This document shows, piece after piece, positions 20,438 to 29,389 of a stretch of DNA of 64,000 nucleotides. The stretch's first letter is position 1. Each line of letters opens with the position of its first letter. A model generated the notes under the pieces. That model saw only the letters and a program-made list of their open reading frames with translations. It ran no database searches and was not told the origin of the DNA. Source of the DNA: an uncultured Oligoflexia bacterium (GTDB lineage Bacteria > Bdellovibrionota > Bacteriovoracia > Bacteriovoracales > Bacteriovoracaceae); the NCBI GenBank assembly GCA_913058265.1, contig CAJXPQ010000007.1:113933-177932 (forward strand), written 5' to 3'. The translations under genes were made by a program, and so were the position numbers.

Positions 20438-20466
20438 ATTGTAGATGAAAATATTATCTGGCTCAA
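20438..20466 (-). promoter_or_regulatory. Candidate sigma70 promoter of the three-gene cassette
   Basis: The minus strand reads TTGAGC (20466-20461), a 17-nt spacer, then TACAAT (20443-20438). The predicted start site falls at or next to the GTG at 20431, so the mRNA may be leaderless or have a very short leader. Confidence 0.4.
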
Positions 20467-20480
20467 TTAGGAAAAATCCT

Positions 20481-20954
20481 CTACCTGACTGAAATACTTT
20501 CAATCGTTTTAAGTATAGTTTTTTTATGTTTCTTAAATTCAACTTGTTTACTTTGAAACAGAATGTAATGGTATTGGCTTTTGTTAAGCTTAATGCACGT
20601 AAGCAGGCTGTATTTCATTGGGTTGAGGTATTCATTATAAGTACACTTAATATTCTGCTTTAAATTCATCTTGTCTAAAACTTTAAAGTCAGTGTATTTC
20701 TTTCCAAAATTTTTATTATCCTTAGTTAGAAACTCAAAAATATCTATTTTTGATAAATCTTTTTTATAAGTGAAGAATAATATCGAATTAGGGTTGCGAT
20801 TATGAATTACTTTTTCATGAACAATAGCATCTGTACCATACATTTTTTCACTAAAAGTCCACCCTTCAGGTACTGTTAGACTGTAGTAATTGCCCGAAAA
20901 AGCGATTACAGATGAAGGAAGCAATAATATCAAAAGAAGTATCTTATAATTCAT
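20481..20954 (-). CDS. Secreted protein, hypothetical (possibly PsbP/DUF1795-like fold)
   Basis: A signal peptide is followed by the early motif LTVPEGWTF. The family assignment is weak. Confidence 0.45.
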   Translation of the reverse strand: MNYKILLLILLLPSSVIAFSGNYYSLTVPEGWTFSEKMYGTDAIVHEKVIHNRNPNSILFFTYKKDLSKIDIFEFLTKDNKNFGKKYTDFKVLDKMNLKQNIKCTYNEYLNPMKYSLLTCIKLNKSQYHYILFQSKQVEFKKHKKTILKTIESISVR

Positions 20955-20966
20955 TATTTATTCTCG

Positions 20967-21788
20967 CTAAATATTGATCATCTTCCAAGTATTAAATTGA
21001 TCAGGTGTAAATCCAAGTTGATAATTAATATATTGAAACTCTGCTGCTGTTAACCCCTGAGTCATACCAGATAGAAGAGCATAATCTTTAAAAGGCAAAT
21101 GAAGAGCATTTTTTAAAGTTCGTCGTAAAAGTACTGAGTTTTGGTATTCATATTGAAGTGTTACATTTTCAGATACCGTCTCTCCTTGTTTTGACAGACA
21201 GTCGGCACAAATAAAGCCTCCATTCTGAGCATCAAAGGCAAACATATTTTGCTTCTCAAGGTCGGTGGCACAAAATAAGCAACTATCTGTATCAGGGTTA
21301 ATTCCTAACTGAACGGTGAGTTTAGATAAGAACATAAATAATTGAACATGAAGATTGAACTCCCCCTTACTTACAGAGCTATCTAAATAAAATAAAGCAT
21401 TACTTAAGACATTAAATAATCCTTCGTGGTCTGTAGCATGGACATCATCAATATTCTCACTGATGGCAATCTTACCTAAGTACTCAAAATAAAAAGTTGA
21501 AAGGTAGAAAGCTTGAAAGTCATCTCTAATTTTACGAGATGCCCAGATTAAATTATATTCTTTTGCAATTTGAACTTCGGTTTCTAGTTTCTTTTTTCGT
21601 GGTGCCAAAGTCACTGTAACCATAGCGCCTAAATCAAGAATAGATCCCTTTTGGCTTTTTCCGCCTCCCTGACCTCCATAGAAATAAACACTGAGTGTTT
21701 TTCCTGAACGCAGTAAGAGATTACAGATGAGATCTCTTTCTTTGTAGGGTGTTTTATGAATAACAATACCTTCAATATTCATATGCAT
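20967..21788 (-). CDS. recO: DNA repair protein RecO
   Basis: The N-terminal OB-fold pattern EGIVIHKTPYKERDLI and the C-terminal Cys4 pattern CLFCATD...FICADC are both present. Confidence 0.85.
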   Translation of the reverse strand: MHMNIEGIVIHKTPYKERDLICNLLLRSGKTLSVYFYGGQGGGKSQKGSILDLGAMVTVTLAPRKKKLETEVQIAKEYNLIWASRKIRDDFQAFYLSTFYFEYLGKIAISENIDDVHATDHEGLFNVLSNALFYLDSSVSKGEFNLHVQLFMFLSKLTVQLGINPDTDSCLFCATDLEKQNMFAFDAQNGGFICADCLSKQGETVSENVTLQYEYQNSVLLRRTLKNALHLPFKDYALLSGMTQGLTAAEFQYINYQLGFTPDQFNTWKMINI

Positions 21789-22815
21789 AATATAGTAGTT
21801 TATTTATCTTATTGCGAAGTCTTTTTACCATTACACTGCCAGTCCCTATAAATACCTGTAATTTTGAAAAATACGTATTTGATAAAGTATGAACTTCAAA
21901 GCTCTCCCCCTGTCTTCCTCCCCGTCCTATCATCTGAATATAGAAATCAAGATTTTGAACATTATAATTAAATATAATTTTCGATATATTTGGCAGATTT
22001 ACACCGTGACTAACAACGCTTGTGGCAACAATAAAATCCACATTCTCTGTGGAGTTTAACTTCAGAATAAAACTCGAAGCTTCACCACCAACACAATTTA
22101 GAACACAAAAACCCCGGTCTCTTAGTTTTTGACTAAGTTCTTTAACTTCACGTCTAAACTTGCAAAAAATTAAAGTACAACCAGGGTTTATGCCATATAA
22201 AACTTCATCATCGATCCATGAGCGAAGAAGCTTAGGGTAGTAAAAGATTCTCTTTGGATAATTTTTTAACTTTTGGTTGCCAAAATCGAGATGATATATG
22301 TTTTTATAATTGTACTTTAACTCTAACTCAAGGCGATGCTTAAGCTCATCACCTAAAGTTGCAGTTAAAAATACAATCGGAGCGCCAAATGAGGTCACTT
22401 CAAAATATAAGGCCTGCATTTTGTCTCGAAAAGAGTTTCCCCAGTAATAAAATAAGTGAAACTCATCTAGCACATAGATATATCCACTCAACTCCTTATT
22501 CAAAAGGATTTCTGGGGTACTTAATATTAACTTATAATCACGTATTTTTAAGAGTTCCAAATCTTTGGAGGATCGCAAGTTCAAGCAATCAATTCTAAAT
22601 TCTTGCGAACTCAAAAAGACTTCATCGCATAGTGCCCTTAGTGGAAAAATAAAGATGACTGATCGACTACACTCTTTAATTGCTTGTAGTATTTTATAGG
22701 TCTTTCCCCATCCGGGGGGCGCTGTAACTATAACAGCATCCTCAAAAGATAAATTTTCAATCACTTCTTTCATAATACTCAATCTTGCAAAGGTATCTGT
22801 AAAAAACCTAATCAT
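21772..22815 (-). CDS. RecQ-family SF2 helicase core only (no Zn/RQC/HRDC modules)
   Basis: SF2 motifs are I APPGWGKT, Ia FPLRALCDE, II LDEFHLFYYWGNSFR (RecQ-type DExH..WG..FR), III LTAT, V VATSVVSHGVNLP and VI QMIGRGGRQG. The protein is only 347 aa, and its stop overlaps recO by 17 nt. Confidence 0.75.
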   Translation of the reverse strand: MIRFFTDTFARLSIMKEVIENLSFEDAVIVTAPPGWGKTYKILQAIKECSRSVIFIFPLRALCDEVFLSSQEFRIDCLNLRSSKDLELLKIRDYKLILSTPEILLNKELSGYIYVLDEFHLFYYWGNSFRDKMQALYFEVTSFGAPIVFLTATLGDELKHRLELELKYNYKNIYHLDFGNQKLKNYPKRIFYYPKLLRSWIDDEVLYGINPGCTLIFCKFRREVKELSQKLRDRGFCVLNCVGGEASSFILKLNSTENVDFIVATSVVSHGVNLPNISKIIFNYNVQNLDFYIQMIGRGGRQGESFEVHTLSNTYFSKLQVFIGTGSVMVKRLRNKINKLLYYAYEY

Positions 22816-22929
22816 AAGTTACTGAAATTGCGGTGTGTTTAGCCTCGGTAATGGTAAGGAATGAAGCTTAAAAGTGACATTTTGTTCAAACTAACGTAAA
22901 AAAAGCTCAAAGATATACAAGGATACAAA

Positions 22930-23187
22930 ATGATTAACAGAATCGAAAAAGTTTTAGATGAGCAAATTAGACCCGCACTTGCTAGCCATGGTGGTGATAT
23001 TATTGTCGTTGATTTCGATAGCCAAAAGCTTTTTGTAAAACTTGAAGGTGGCTGCCAAGGCTGTTCATCATCAAAAGCAACCCTCAAAGACGGTATAGAA
23101 AAACTTTTGATTACTAAATTTCCAGGTATGGTTGAAGAAGTTGTTGATCTAACTGATCACGCTGCCGGTGATAAGCCCTTTATGTAG
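22930..23187 (+). CDS. NifU/Nfu C-terminal-domain Fe-S cluster carrier
   Basis: This 85-aa protein has IRPALASHGGDIIVV followed by the CxxC motif GGCQGCSSS. Confidence 0.85.
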   Translation: MINRIEKVLDEQIRPALASHGGDIIVVDFDSQKLFVKLEGGCQGCSSSKATLKDGIEKLLITKFPGMVEEVVDLTDHAAGDKPFM

Positions 23188-23986
23188 GGAGCTGTCTCGC
23201 GACATTCATTCTTGTACGTATTTTATTAAGCTTATCCATGCTCAACTCTGCACAAGCAAATCCCTCACCTTCTTCACAATTTGCAATGACCTCCCCCCAC
23301 GGATCAATAATCATTGAATGACCATAAGTAGATAACTTCTTATTATGTTGTCCCCACTGATCACAAGCAATAACATAGGCCTGATTTTCAATAGCACGAG
23401 CGCGCAGAAGAACTTCCCAATGTGCTTTTCCTGTAGGCACTGTAAAAGCTGAAGAGATACTAAGGATATCAACATTCTCTTTGTGATACTCTCTGTAAAG
23501 TTCTGGAAATCGAAGATCAAAACAAATGCTTAAGCCAATCTTAAAGTTATTCACATTGATCGTTTTTAAGTCATGGCCTTTACTATAAACATCCGCCTCA
23601 TCAATAATAGTATTCTTCTCAGTTCCTTTAAGGTTCACAGAAAAAAGATGAATCTTGTCATACGTCCCAATCAATTCTCCGGATGGTGAAAAGTTATAGT
23701 TTCTATTAATCACTTTATCTCCAACTTTTGTTGCTGCAGTTCCCCCTAAGACATAGAGGTTATGATTCATACTTATGGCCCTAATAATTTCAAAGTGCTC
23801 ATTTGTAGCTTCAACTAAATAAGGAGTTGGCTTGGTACCGTCACTCATTGAATAAAAGACCTCTGGTAAAAAGACCGCTTCTAAGCCGGGTTCTTCAGTT
23901 TTGGCCTTAATTATAAAACGATTGATCTTATCAATATTTTCAGAAGGGTTGAATGTTGAGCAAATTTGAATGAGAGCGACTTTCAT
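23180..23986 (-). CDS. Carbon-nitrogen hydrolase (nitrilase superfamily, Nit/omega-amidase-like)
   Basis: The E-K-C triad contexts LPEVF, KIHLF and SICFDLRFPE are present. Confidence 0.85.
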   Translation of the reverse strand: MKVALIQICSTFNPSENIDKINRFIIKAKTEEPGLEAVFLPEVFYSMSDGTKPTPYLVEATNEHFEIIRAISMNHNLYVLGGTAATKVGDKVINRNYNFSPSGELIGTYDKIHLFSVNLKGTEKNTIIDEADVYSKGHDLKTINVNNFKIGLSICFDLRFPELYREYHKENVDILSISSAFTVPTGKAHWEVLLRARAIENQAYVIACDQWGQHNKKLSTYGHSMIIDPWGEVIANCEEGEGFACAELSMDKLNKIRTRMNVARQLPT

Positions 23987-24029
23987 AATAATCCTATATT
24001 TTTACAATAATTAGGTTTATTATAGCTTA

Positions 24030-25007
24030 GTGTTAAAAAATATCGTAAAAAATATTATCAAATTTGGTATTGCCTTTGGTTTAATATACTGGCTCGTCGA
24101 GTCAGGTAAACTCGATTTCTCACTTTTGAAGCAGGTTTTTAGTTCACCACTTACTATCTTGGCGATAACCGCCTTAATGCTCACGGACCACTTTATTGTT
24201 GCTGTTCGTTTGAAGCTCATTTTAATGCGAAAAGCCTCTAAGAACTTATCCACATTTAAGATTTTTATTTCGAACTGGATTGGTATTTTCTTCAACGCTG
24301 TTCTTCCAGGATCAGTTACAGGTGACGTTATCAAAGTTTTCTATCTTCAAGATCTCGATGAAAAGTTAGATAAGAAATTTCTTCTTGTTGCTGTTTTTAT
24401 GGATAGAGTAATGGGGCTAATAGGTCTTGTAACTATTGGTGGTATTATATCAGGAATTAACTATAGTACCCTTTCATCACTTTCGAATGATGTTAAGATT
24501 CTGGTGCAAGTTAATTTATTTATTCTTTTATGTGTTGTTCTTACGCTATTAACTTTATTTTTCTATCAAAAGCTACCACATCAAATCGCGAAGCCATTTC
24601 GAGATATTAAAATATTAGGTAATATTATCAAAAAGCTTGAGGTTTTATGGAATGATCTATGCTTGTTTAGAAATAATATTATCAAGCTACTTGTTTTAAG
24701 TATATTTATACAAGCTTTTGCCATCATCATCTTTTGGTATATTGCTGAGCCTTACGCTGCGGGTGAATTCACCTTGGCCACCGCCTTTACTGTCTTGCCA
24801 GCAGGGATGATTAGCATAGCCATCCCTATAGCTCCAGGAGGACTTGGTGTCGGGCATGTTGTTTTTGAGAAATTATTAGCATTTTTTAATATAAGTAATG
24901 GTGCAGACCTTTTTAATATTTACTTCTTTTTTGTGCTTTTCACCAACTTAACGGGAGTCGTTCCCTATATGTTATATAGAAAAAAAAGTAAGGAAATTAA
25001 AAAGTAA
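24030..25007 (+). CDS. Polytopic membrane protein, UPF0104 / lysyl-PG-synthase TM ('flippase-like') family
   Basis: It has a GTG start and about 8 hydrophobic helices. The motif LPGSVTGDVIKVFYL is typical of this family. Confidence 0.55.
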   Translation: MLKNIVKNIIKFGIAFGLIYWLVESGKLDFSLLKQVFSSPLTILAITALMLTDHFIVAVRLKLILMRKASKNLSTFKIFISNWIGIFFNAVLPGSVTGDVIKVFYLQDLDEKLDKKFLLVAVFMDRVMGLIGLVTIGGIISGINYSTLSSLSNDVKILVQVNLFILLCVVLTLLTLFFYQKLPHQIAKPFRDIKILGNIIKKLEVLWNDLCLFRNNIIKLLVLSIFIQAFAIIIFWYIAEPYAAGEFTLATAFTVLPAGMISIAIPIAPGGLGVGHVVFEKLLAFFNISNGADLFNIYFFFVLFTNLTGVVPYMLYRKKSKEIKK

Positions 25008-25614
25008 AAATTTTATGAGATTCAATATGTCCATATTGAATAGACTTTGCTTTCAATCGCTCTAAATTTAAAAGAAACGACTCTTCTTCAAATTGGTTAT
25101 TTAGTTTACGTATTTTTTTCGACTCTTTTTTGAGGGGAGATAAAACCTCTCTAGGTAATGTACATATCCCATTTAAAAGATAATTTTTTTCTTTATAAGT
25201 TACAAAGCGTCCAAGAAAAAGGTCATTTTCAACCAAGGCCAGGATTCCATTATCTGTCGCGAGAGTAAACTTCTCTGAATGAAGAACATCCTTTATAATA
25301 ACCTGTTTTCTAAAATTTATTTTATGAAATAAAAACAATGAGTATTTTGTTGATAGAAGTGCCGCTTTCATTTCTTCATTATCATTATTTTTTTTAAAAT
25401 GATTTTCAATAATGCGACTTCCATCTTCTTTGCGGTAGTTGAAAACGAACCAATCGTTAAAACTATTCATCCGAGCTTCGTACTCTTCTGATTCTTCATC
25501 CATTTTACCCGTTTTAATAATAAAGATATCCATGGCTTTCTTTATTTCTTCGTAGCGAGAGCCTTCAGAGTATGTTTCAAGAATTTTGTCGACTTCAGAC
25601 TGGATAATATTCAC
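24997..25614 (-). CDS. Hypothetical cytoplasmic protein coupled to lepA
   Basis: This 205-aa ORF has a GTG start that shares one base with the lepA TAG stop. No family was recognised. Confidence 0.45.
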   Translation of the reverse strand: MNIIQSEVDKILETYSEGSRYEEIKKAMDIFIIKTGKMDEESEEYEARMNSFNDWFVFNYRKEDGSRIIENHFKKNNDNEEMKAALLSTKYSLFLFHKINFRKQVIIKDVLHSEKFTLATDNGILALVENDLFLGRFVTYKEKNYLLNGICTLPREVLSPLKKESKKIRKLNNQFEEESFLLNLERLKAKSIQYGHIESHKIFTF

Positions 25615-27413
25615 TAATCATCAACCTTTAGAACGGCCAAGAATGCTTCCTGAGGAATTTCTACATTTCCAACCATCTTCATTCTCTTTTTACCCTTTTT
25701 CTGCTTCTCAAGGAGTTTTCTTTTCCTTGAAATATCTCCACCATAACATTTCGCTAAAACGTTTTTACGTAAAGCTTTTACGGTTTCTCTAGATATAATC
25801 TTACTTCCAACGGCCGCTTGAATAGCAATATCAAACTGCTGTCTATCTATAATTGATCTAAGCTTACCAACTAAGCTCTTACCCTTGGTGTAAGAGCTTG
25901 CTTCATGACAAATTAATGAAAGTGCATCTACAGGCTCGCTATTCATTAAAATATCTAATTTTACGAGTTTTCCAATCATATAGTCTTTAAACTCATAGTC
26001 CATAGAGGCGTAACCCTTCGTTATTGATTTTAACTGATCATAAAAATCAAAAACCATCTCACTAAGCGGAAGATAGTATTTTACTTGGACTCTTTCACTC
26101 GTAATATAATTGATATCATGCTGAATCCCACGTCTTTTTTCACAAAGAGTAATGATTGAACCAACATATTCATTAGGAACATGGATTGAAATATCAACCA
26201 TTGGTTCTGCAATAGATTCAATATCACCGAGATCAGGCATGTCCGATGGATTAGAAACCATGAGTTCTTCACCGTCACTCTTTAAAACTTTATAGCTAAC
26301 ACTAGGTGCAGTAGAGATTAGATTTAAATCAAACTCTCTCTCAAGTCTTTCTTGAATAATAGACATATGGAGAAGGCCTAAAAAACCACAACGAAAACCA
26401 AGCCCAAGAGCACCTGATGTTTCTAAGTCGTATGTAAAAGATGAATCATTTAAGGCCAGTTTTTCAAAAGCTTCTTTAAGTTCTTCGTAGTCATCTGCTT
26501 CGACAGGGAAAATTCCACAAAAAACCATTGGCTTGATTTCTTCATAGCCGGCAAGAGGAGGAGTATCCTGCTTCTTTACTTCAACGATTGTATCGCCAAT
26601 TTTAATATCTCTAATAGTTTTAATTCCACATATAATAACGCCAACTTCGCCAGCTGCCAGCTCTTCAACTTCAGTATAGAAAGGTGTGTGAACCGCAAGA
26701 GTAAGTATCTCGTAACTCTTATCAGAGTGTTTAAAATATACCTTATCTCTTTTCTTCATTGTCCCTTCAAATACTCGAACAAGAACAACAACACCTCGAT
26801 AAGCGTCAAACCAAGAATCAAATATCAAGGCTTGTAATGGATTATCTACATTTCCCATAGGCGGTGGAACCAGCCTAACAATTTCCTCTAAGAGATTATC
26901 TACACCTAGGCCAGACTTTGCCGAAACCTGGGGTGCTTCAAGTGCCTCAATTCCTACTATGTCTTCAATTTCTTGAGCGACTCTATCCACATCAGCATGT
27001 GGAAGATCAATTTTATTTAATACTGGAAAAATTTCTAATTCGTTGTCCATCGCCATATAAACATTAGCTAGTGTTTGTGCTTCTACACCTTGAGAAGCGT
27101 CTACGACTAATAGCGCCGCTTCACAAGAAGCTAGTGACCTCGATACTTCATAGGTAAAATCAACATGACCTGGAGTATCGATGAGATTTAAATAGTATGT
27201 AAGTCCATCTTTGGCCTTATACTCTAGACGAACTGTTTGCGCCTTAATGGTAATACCACGCTCTTTTTCAATATCCATATTATCTAAAAGACGATCAGAC
27301 ATTTCGCGATCTGTGACTGAGTTCGTTTCTTGAATGAGGCGATCTGCAAGTGTAGATTTACCGTGATCAATATGAGCAATAATTGAGAAATTTCTGATTA
27401 GTTTCGTATCCAT
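25614..27413 (-). CDS. lepA: Translation elongation factor 4
   Basis: The GTPase motifs [17 protein letters not shown] and NKID are present. The 599-aa length and C-terminal domain are LepA-specific. Confidence 0.97.
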   Translation of the reverse strand: MDTKLIRNFSIIAHIDHGKSTLADRLIQETNSVTDREMSDRLLDNMDIEKERGITIKAQTVRLEYKAKDGLTYYLNLIDTPGHVDFTYEVSRSLASCEAALLVVDASQGVEAQTLANVYMAMDNELEIFPVLNKIDLPHADVDRVAQEIEDIVGIEALEAPQVSAKSGLGVDNLLEEIVRLVPPPMGNVDNPLQALIFDSWFDAYRGVVVLVRVFEGTMKKRDKVYFKHSDKSYEILTLAVHTPFYTEVEELAAGEVGVIICGIKTIRDIKIGDTIVEVKKQDTPPLAGYEEIKPMVFCGIFPVEADDYEELKEAFEKLALNDSSFTYDLETSGALGLGFRCGFLGLLHMSIIQERLEREFDLNLISTAPSVSYKVLKSDGEELMVSNPSDMPDLGDIESIAEPMVDISIHVPNEYVGSIITLCEKRRGIQHDINYITSERVQVKYYLPLSEMVFDFYDQLKSITKGYASMDYEFKDYMIGKLVKLDILMNSEPVDALSLICHEASSYTKGKSLVGKLRSIIDRQQFDIAIQAAVGSKIISRETVKALRKNVLAKCYGGDISRKRKLLEKQKKGKKRMKMVGNVEIPQEAFLAVLKVDD

Positions 27414-27502
27414 AATAGCCTGTTATACTAATCTTTTTCTCATAAAAGTACTAGAACCAATTACCTACTTACGTCGCGTTACAAGCTATAATCTAGGTAA
27501 CG

Positions 27503-28681
27503 CTATGCAAAGACATCCTCAGAAAGGACCATCATATAGTAATCAAGGGACGATTCTTTGGCCCTAATAGGAATAACATTCGCGTAGCCTTTGAAAATTT
27601 CTTGGTTTTCTTCTACCTCTTCTTTCTCACCAGCTTCATTTTCTACTTCTACCATGACCTTATGATCAATATGAATCTCTATATTTTCGATTTTCGACCT
27701 TCGCTTAAGAGCGAGTTCATAAGCATCCTTGATTGAAGCAGGAATAAGAGTATCCTCCATATTTTTATTTAGAACGCTTTCTGAATCAATATTTAATATT
27801 TTATACATTTGATTATTTAAGTAAATGAGCTCTCCCCTAGCGTTGGCAATTAAGACATTCCTCTTAATCATATTCGCCAAGATATCAAACTTACGATGCT
27901 CAACGGAGATTCGATCCTCCCTAAGTTCCTCAAATATTTTCATATTACGAATCATTTTATTCAATTCTTTGGCCAACTCTCCGATTTCATCATCTTGATT
28001 ATAGTAAATAGAGACATCAAAATTACAATCTTGTAACTCTCTAACAGCATCGTTAATCTTCTTAAATGGAAGTGAAATTTTTGCTGGGATAACAAGGCTT
28101 ATAACAATCGTTGTTAGGAAAGTAATAATCAGTGCCCACAACATATAACGTCGAGTTTCACCAATAACACTTTTAAGCTGCTTATCCTTTTCAAGGTTTT
28201 GGTGATATTGAATATCTTGAAAGTCTAGAAAGGACTCTAAAATCTTATCTGCTAATTCCCCTATGGCAGCAACGTTCCCTCTGTCTCTGTAATTAGATAA
28301 AGAAGTCTTACTTAATAACGTTTTAAGTGCATCGACATAACCAATCATTTTTGAGATGGTCGATTTAATTTCGGTTTCGGTATAGAAAGTATTCAACCTT
28401 TCCAACTGTGAGTGAAAGTTATCACATTCATTTTTCAACTCTTCTATATCTTCAGCACTTGCTCTGTAGGTTAAAACTTTCTTTTGCTTTTTAAGAATGG
28501 TGACTGCAGAAATACTTATTTCATCAGACAAATCTCCAATTATAGTTGAACTATTTGAAATTTGATCCACTTGATCGTTGAGTGAATTAAAAAAGTAAAA
28601 GACCGTAAAGCCAATAATTAGTGCCATTAAGTTAACTAAGGCAAAACTAATTCCAATTCTCTTTTTTAATGAAATATTCAT
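27503..28681 (-). CDS. Membrane sensor with HAMP and PAS-like domains, no recognisable output domain
   Basis: Two TM helices flank a ~150-aa periplasmic helical region. A HAMP domain follows (LPFKKINDAVRELQ...DEIGELAKELNKMIRNM), then a ~130-aa PAS-like C-terminus. I see no kinase, MCP or GGDEF motifs. Confidence 0.65.
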   Translation of the reverse strand: MNISLKKRIGISFALVNLMALIIGFTVFYFFNSLNDQVDQISNSSTIIGDLSDEISISAVTILKKQKKVLTYRASAEDIEELKNECDNFHSQLERLNTFYTETEIKSTISKMIGYVDALKTLLSKTSLSNYRDRGNVAAIGELADKILESFLDFQDIQYHQNLEKDKQLKSVIGETRRYMLWALIITFLTTIVISLVIPAKISLPFKKINDAVRELQDCNFDVSIYYNQDDEIGELAKELNKMIRNMKIFEELREDRISVEHRKFDILANMIKRNVLIANARGELIYLNNQMYKILNIDSESVLNKNMEDTLIPASIKDAYELALKRRSKIENIEIHIDHKVMVEVENEAGEKEEVEENQEIFKGYANVIPIRAKESSLDYYMMVLSEDVFA

Positions 28682-28690
28682 AATTATTTC

Positions 28691-29386
28691 CTAGTTATCT
28701 GCAATCTCTGCAAATAGTTTATTAAAATTACTTTCTGATCCTACAAGTACAACTATGTCATCTGCACTGATAATATCCATAGGAAGAGGGCTATCGTTTA
28801 TCTCAACCCTAAAGGCTGACTTTCCATCTTCTGTAATATAAGGTTTACGTTTCTGAAGCGCCACGATATTTAGCGAATAATTCTGCCTTATCTGCGATTC
28901 AACCAACGTTTTTCCTTCAAATTTTTTCCCTAACTTAATCTCTACGATTGAGTAACCTGCTGCAAAGTTGTATCGCTGTAAAACATGAGGTGCGACTATT
29001 TTTGATGCTACAATTTCCCCCATATCCTCCTCAACTTTTAAAATTTCTGAGGCTCCGATCTCTTTTAAAACATGTTCATGTAAATTATTTGTTGCTCTTG
29101 CAATAATTTTACCGACACCAAGCTTCCTTAACATTGCGACTGCCATAATACTCATTTCGATATTATCTCCGATTGCAACGATGGCAACATCTACTTCCGA
29201 TATATTTGTAGATCTAATCGCCCTTTCATCAGTAACATCGATGCAAATCCCATGTGTAACTCTATCTTTAATTTTATCAACTAACTCAGCTTCATAATCA
29301 ATAGCAATAACTTCAGCTCCTTTTTCAAAGAGTCGTGTTGCTGTTTTAGCCCCAAATGTACCTAATCCAATTACTGTTACAATCAT
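28691..29386 (-). CDS. ktrA: K+ uptake regulatory subunit (TrkA/KtrA, RCK domains)
   Basis: It has the Rossmann motif VIGLGTFG (TrkA-N) and a TrkA-C domain, and sits 3 nt downstream of the channel subunit. Confidence 0.85.
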   Translation of the reverse strand: MIVTVIGLGTFGAKTATRLFEKGAEVIAIDYEAELVDKIKDRVTHGICIDVTDERAIRSTNISEVDVAIVAIGDNIEMSIMAVAMLRKLGVGKIIARATNNLHEHVLKEIGASEILKVEEDMGEIVASKIVAPHVLQRYNFAAGYSIVEIKLGKKFEGKTLVESQIRQNYSLNIVALQKRKPYITEDGKSAFRVEINDSPLPMDIISADDIVVLVGSESNFNKLFAEIADN

Positions 29387-29389
29387 ATT

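Noticed and set aside
19989-20444. 151-aa plus-strand ORF covering most of the cassette's first gene
   Set aside because: It is antisense to a Gly/Ala-rich (locally GC-richer) gene, a context that typically leaves open antisense frames. The minus-strand product has a signal peptide and is coupled to downstream genes. The plus-strand product looks non-protein-like.
23311-23520. Same-strand alternative-frame ORFs inside confirmed genes (also 26081..26278, 42329..42637, 45917..46225, 57965..58345)
   Set aside because: They are nested out of frame in well-supported CDS (C-N hydrolase, lepA, porin-like gene, MltD-like gene, gdhA). Nothing supports dual coding.
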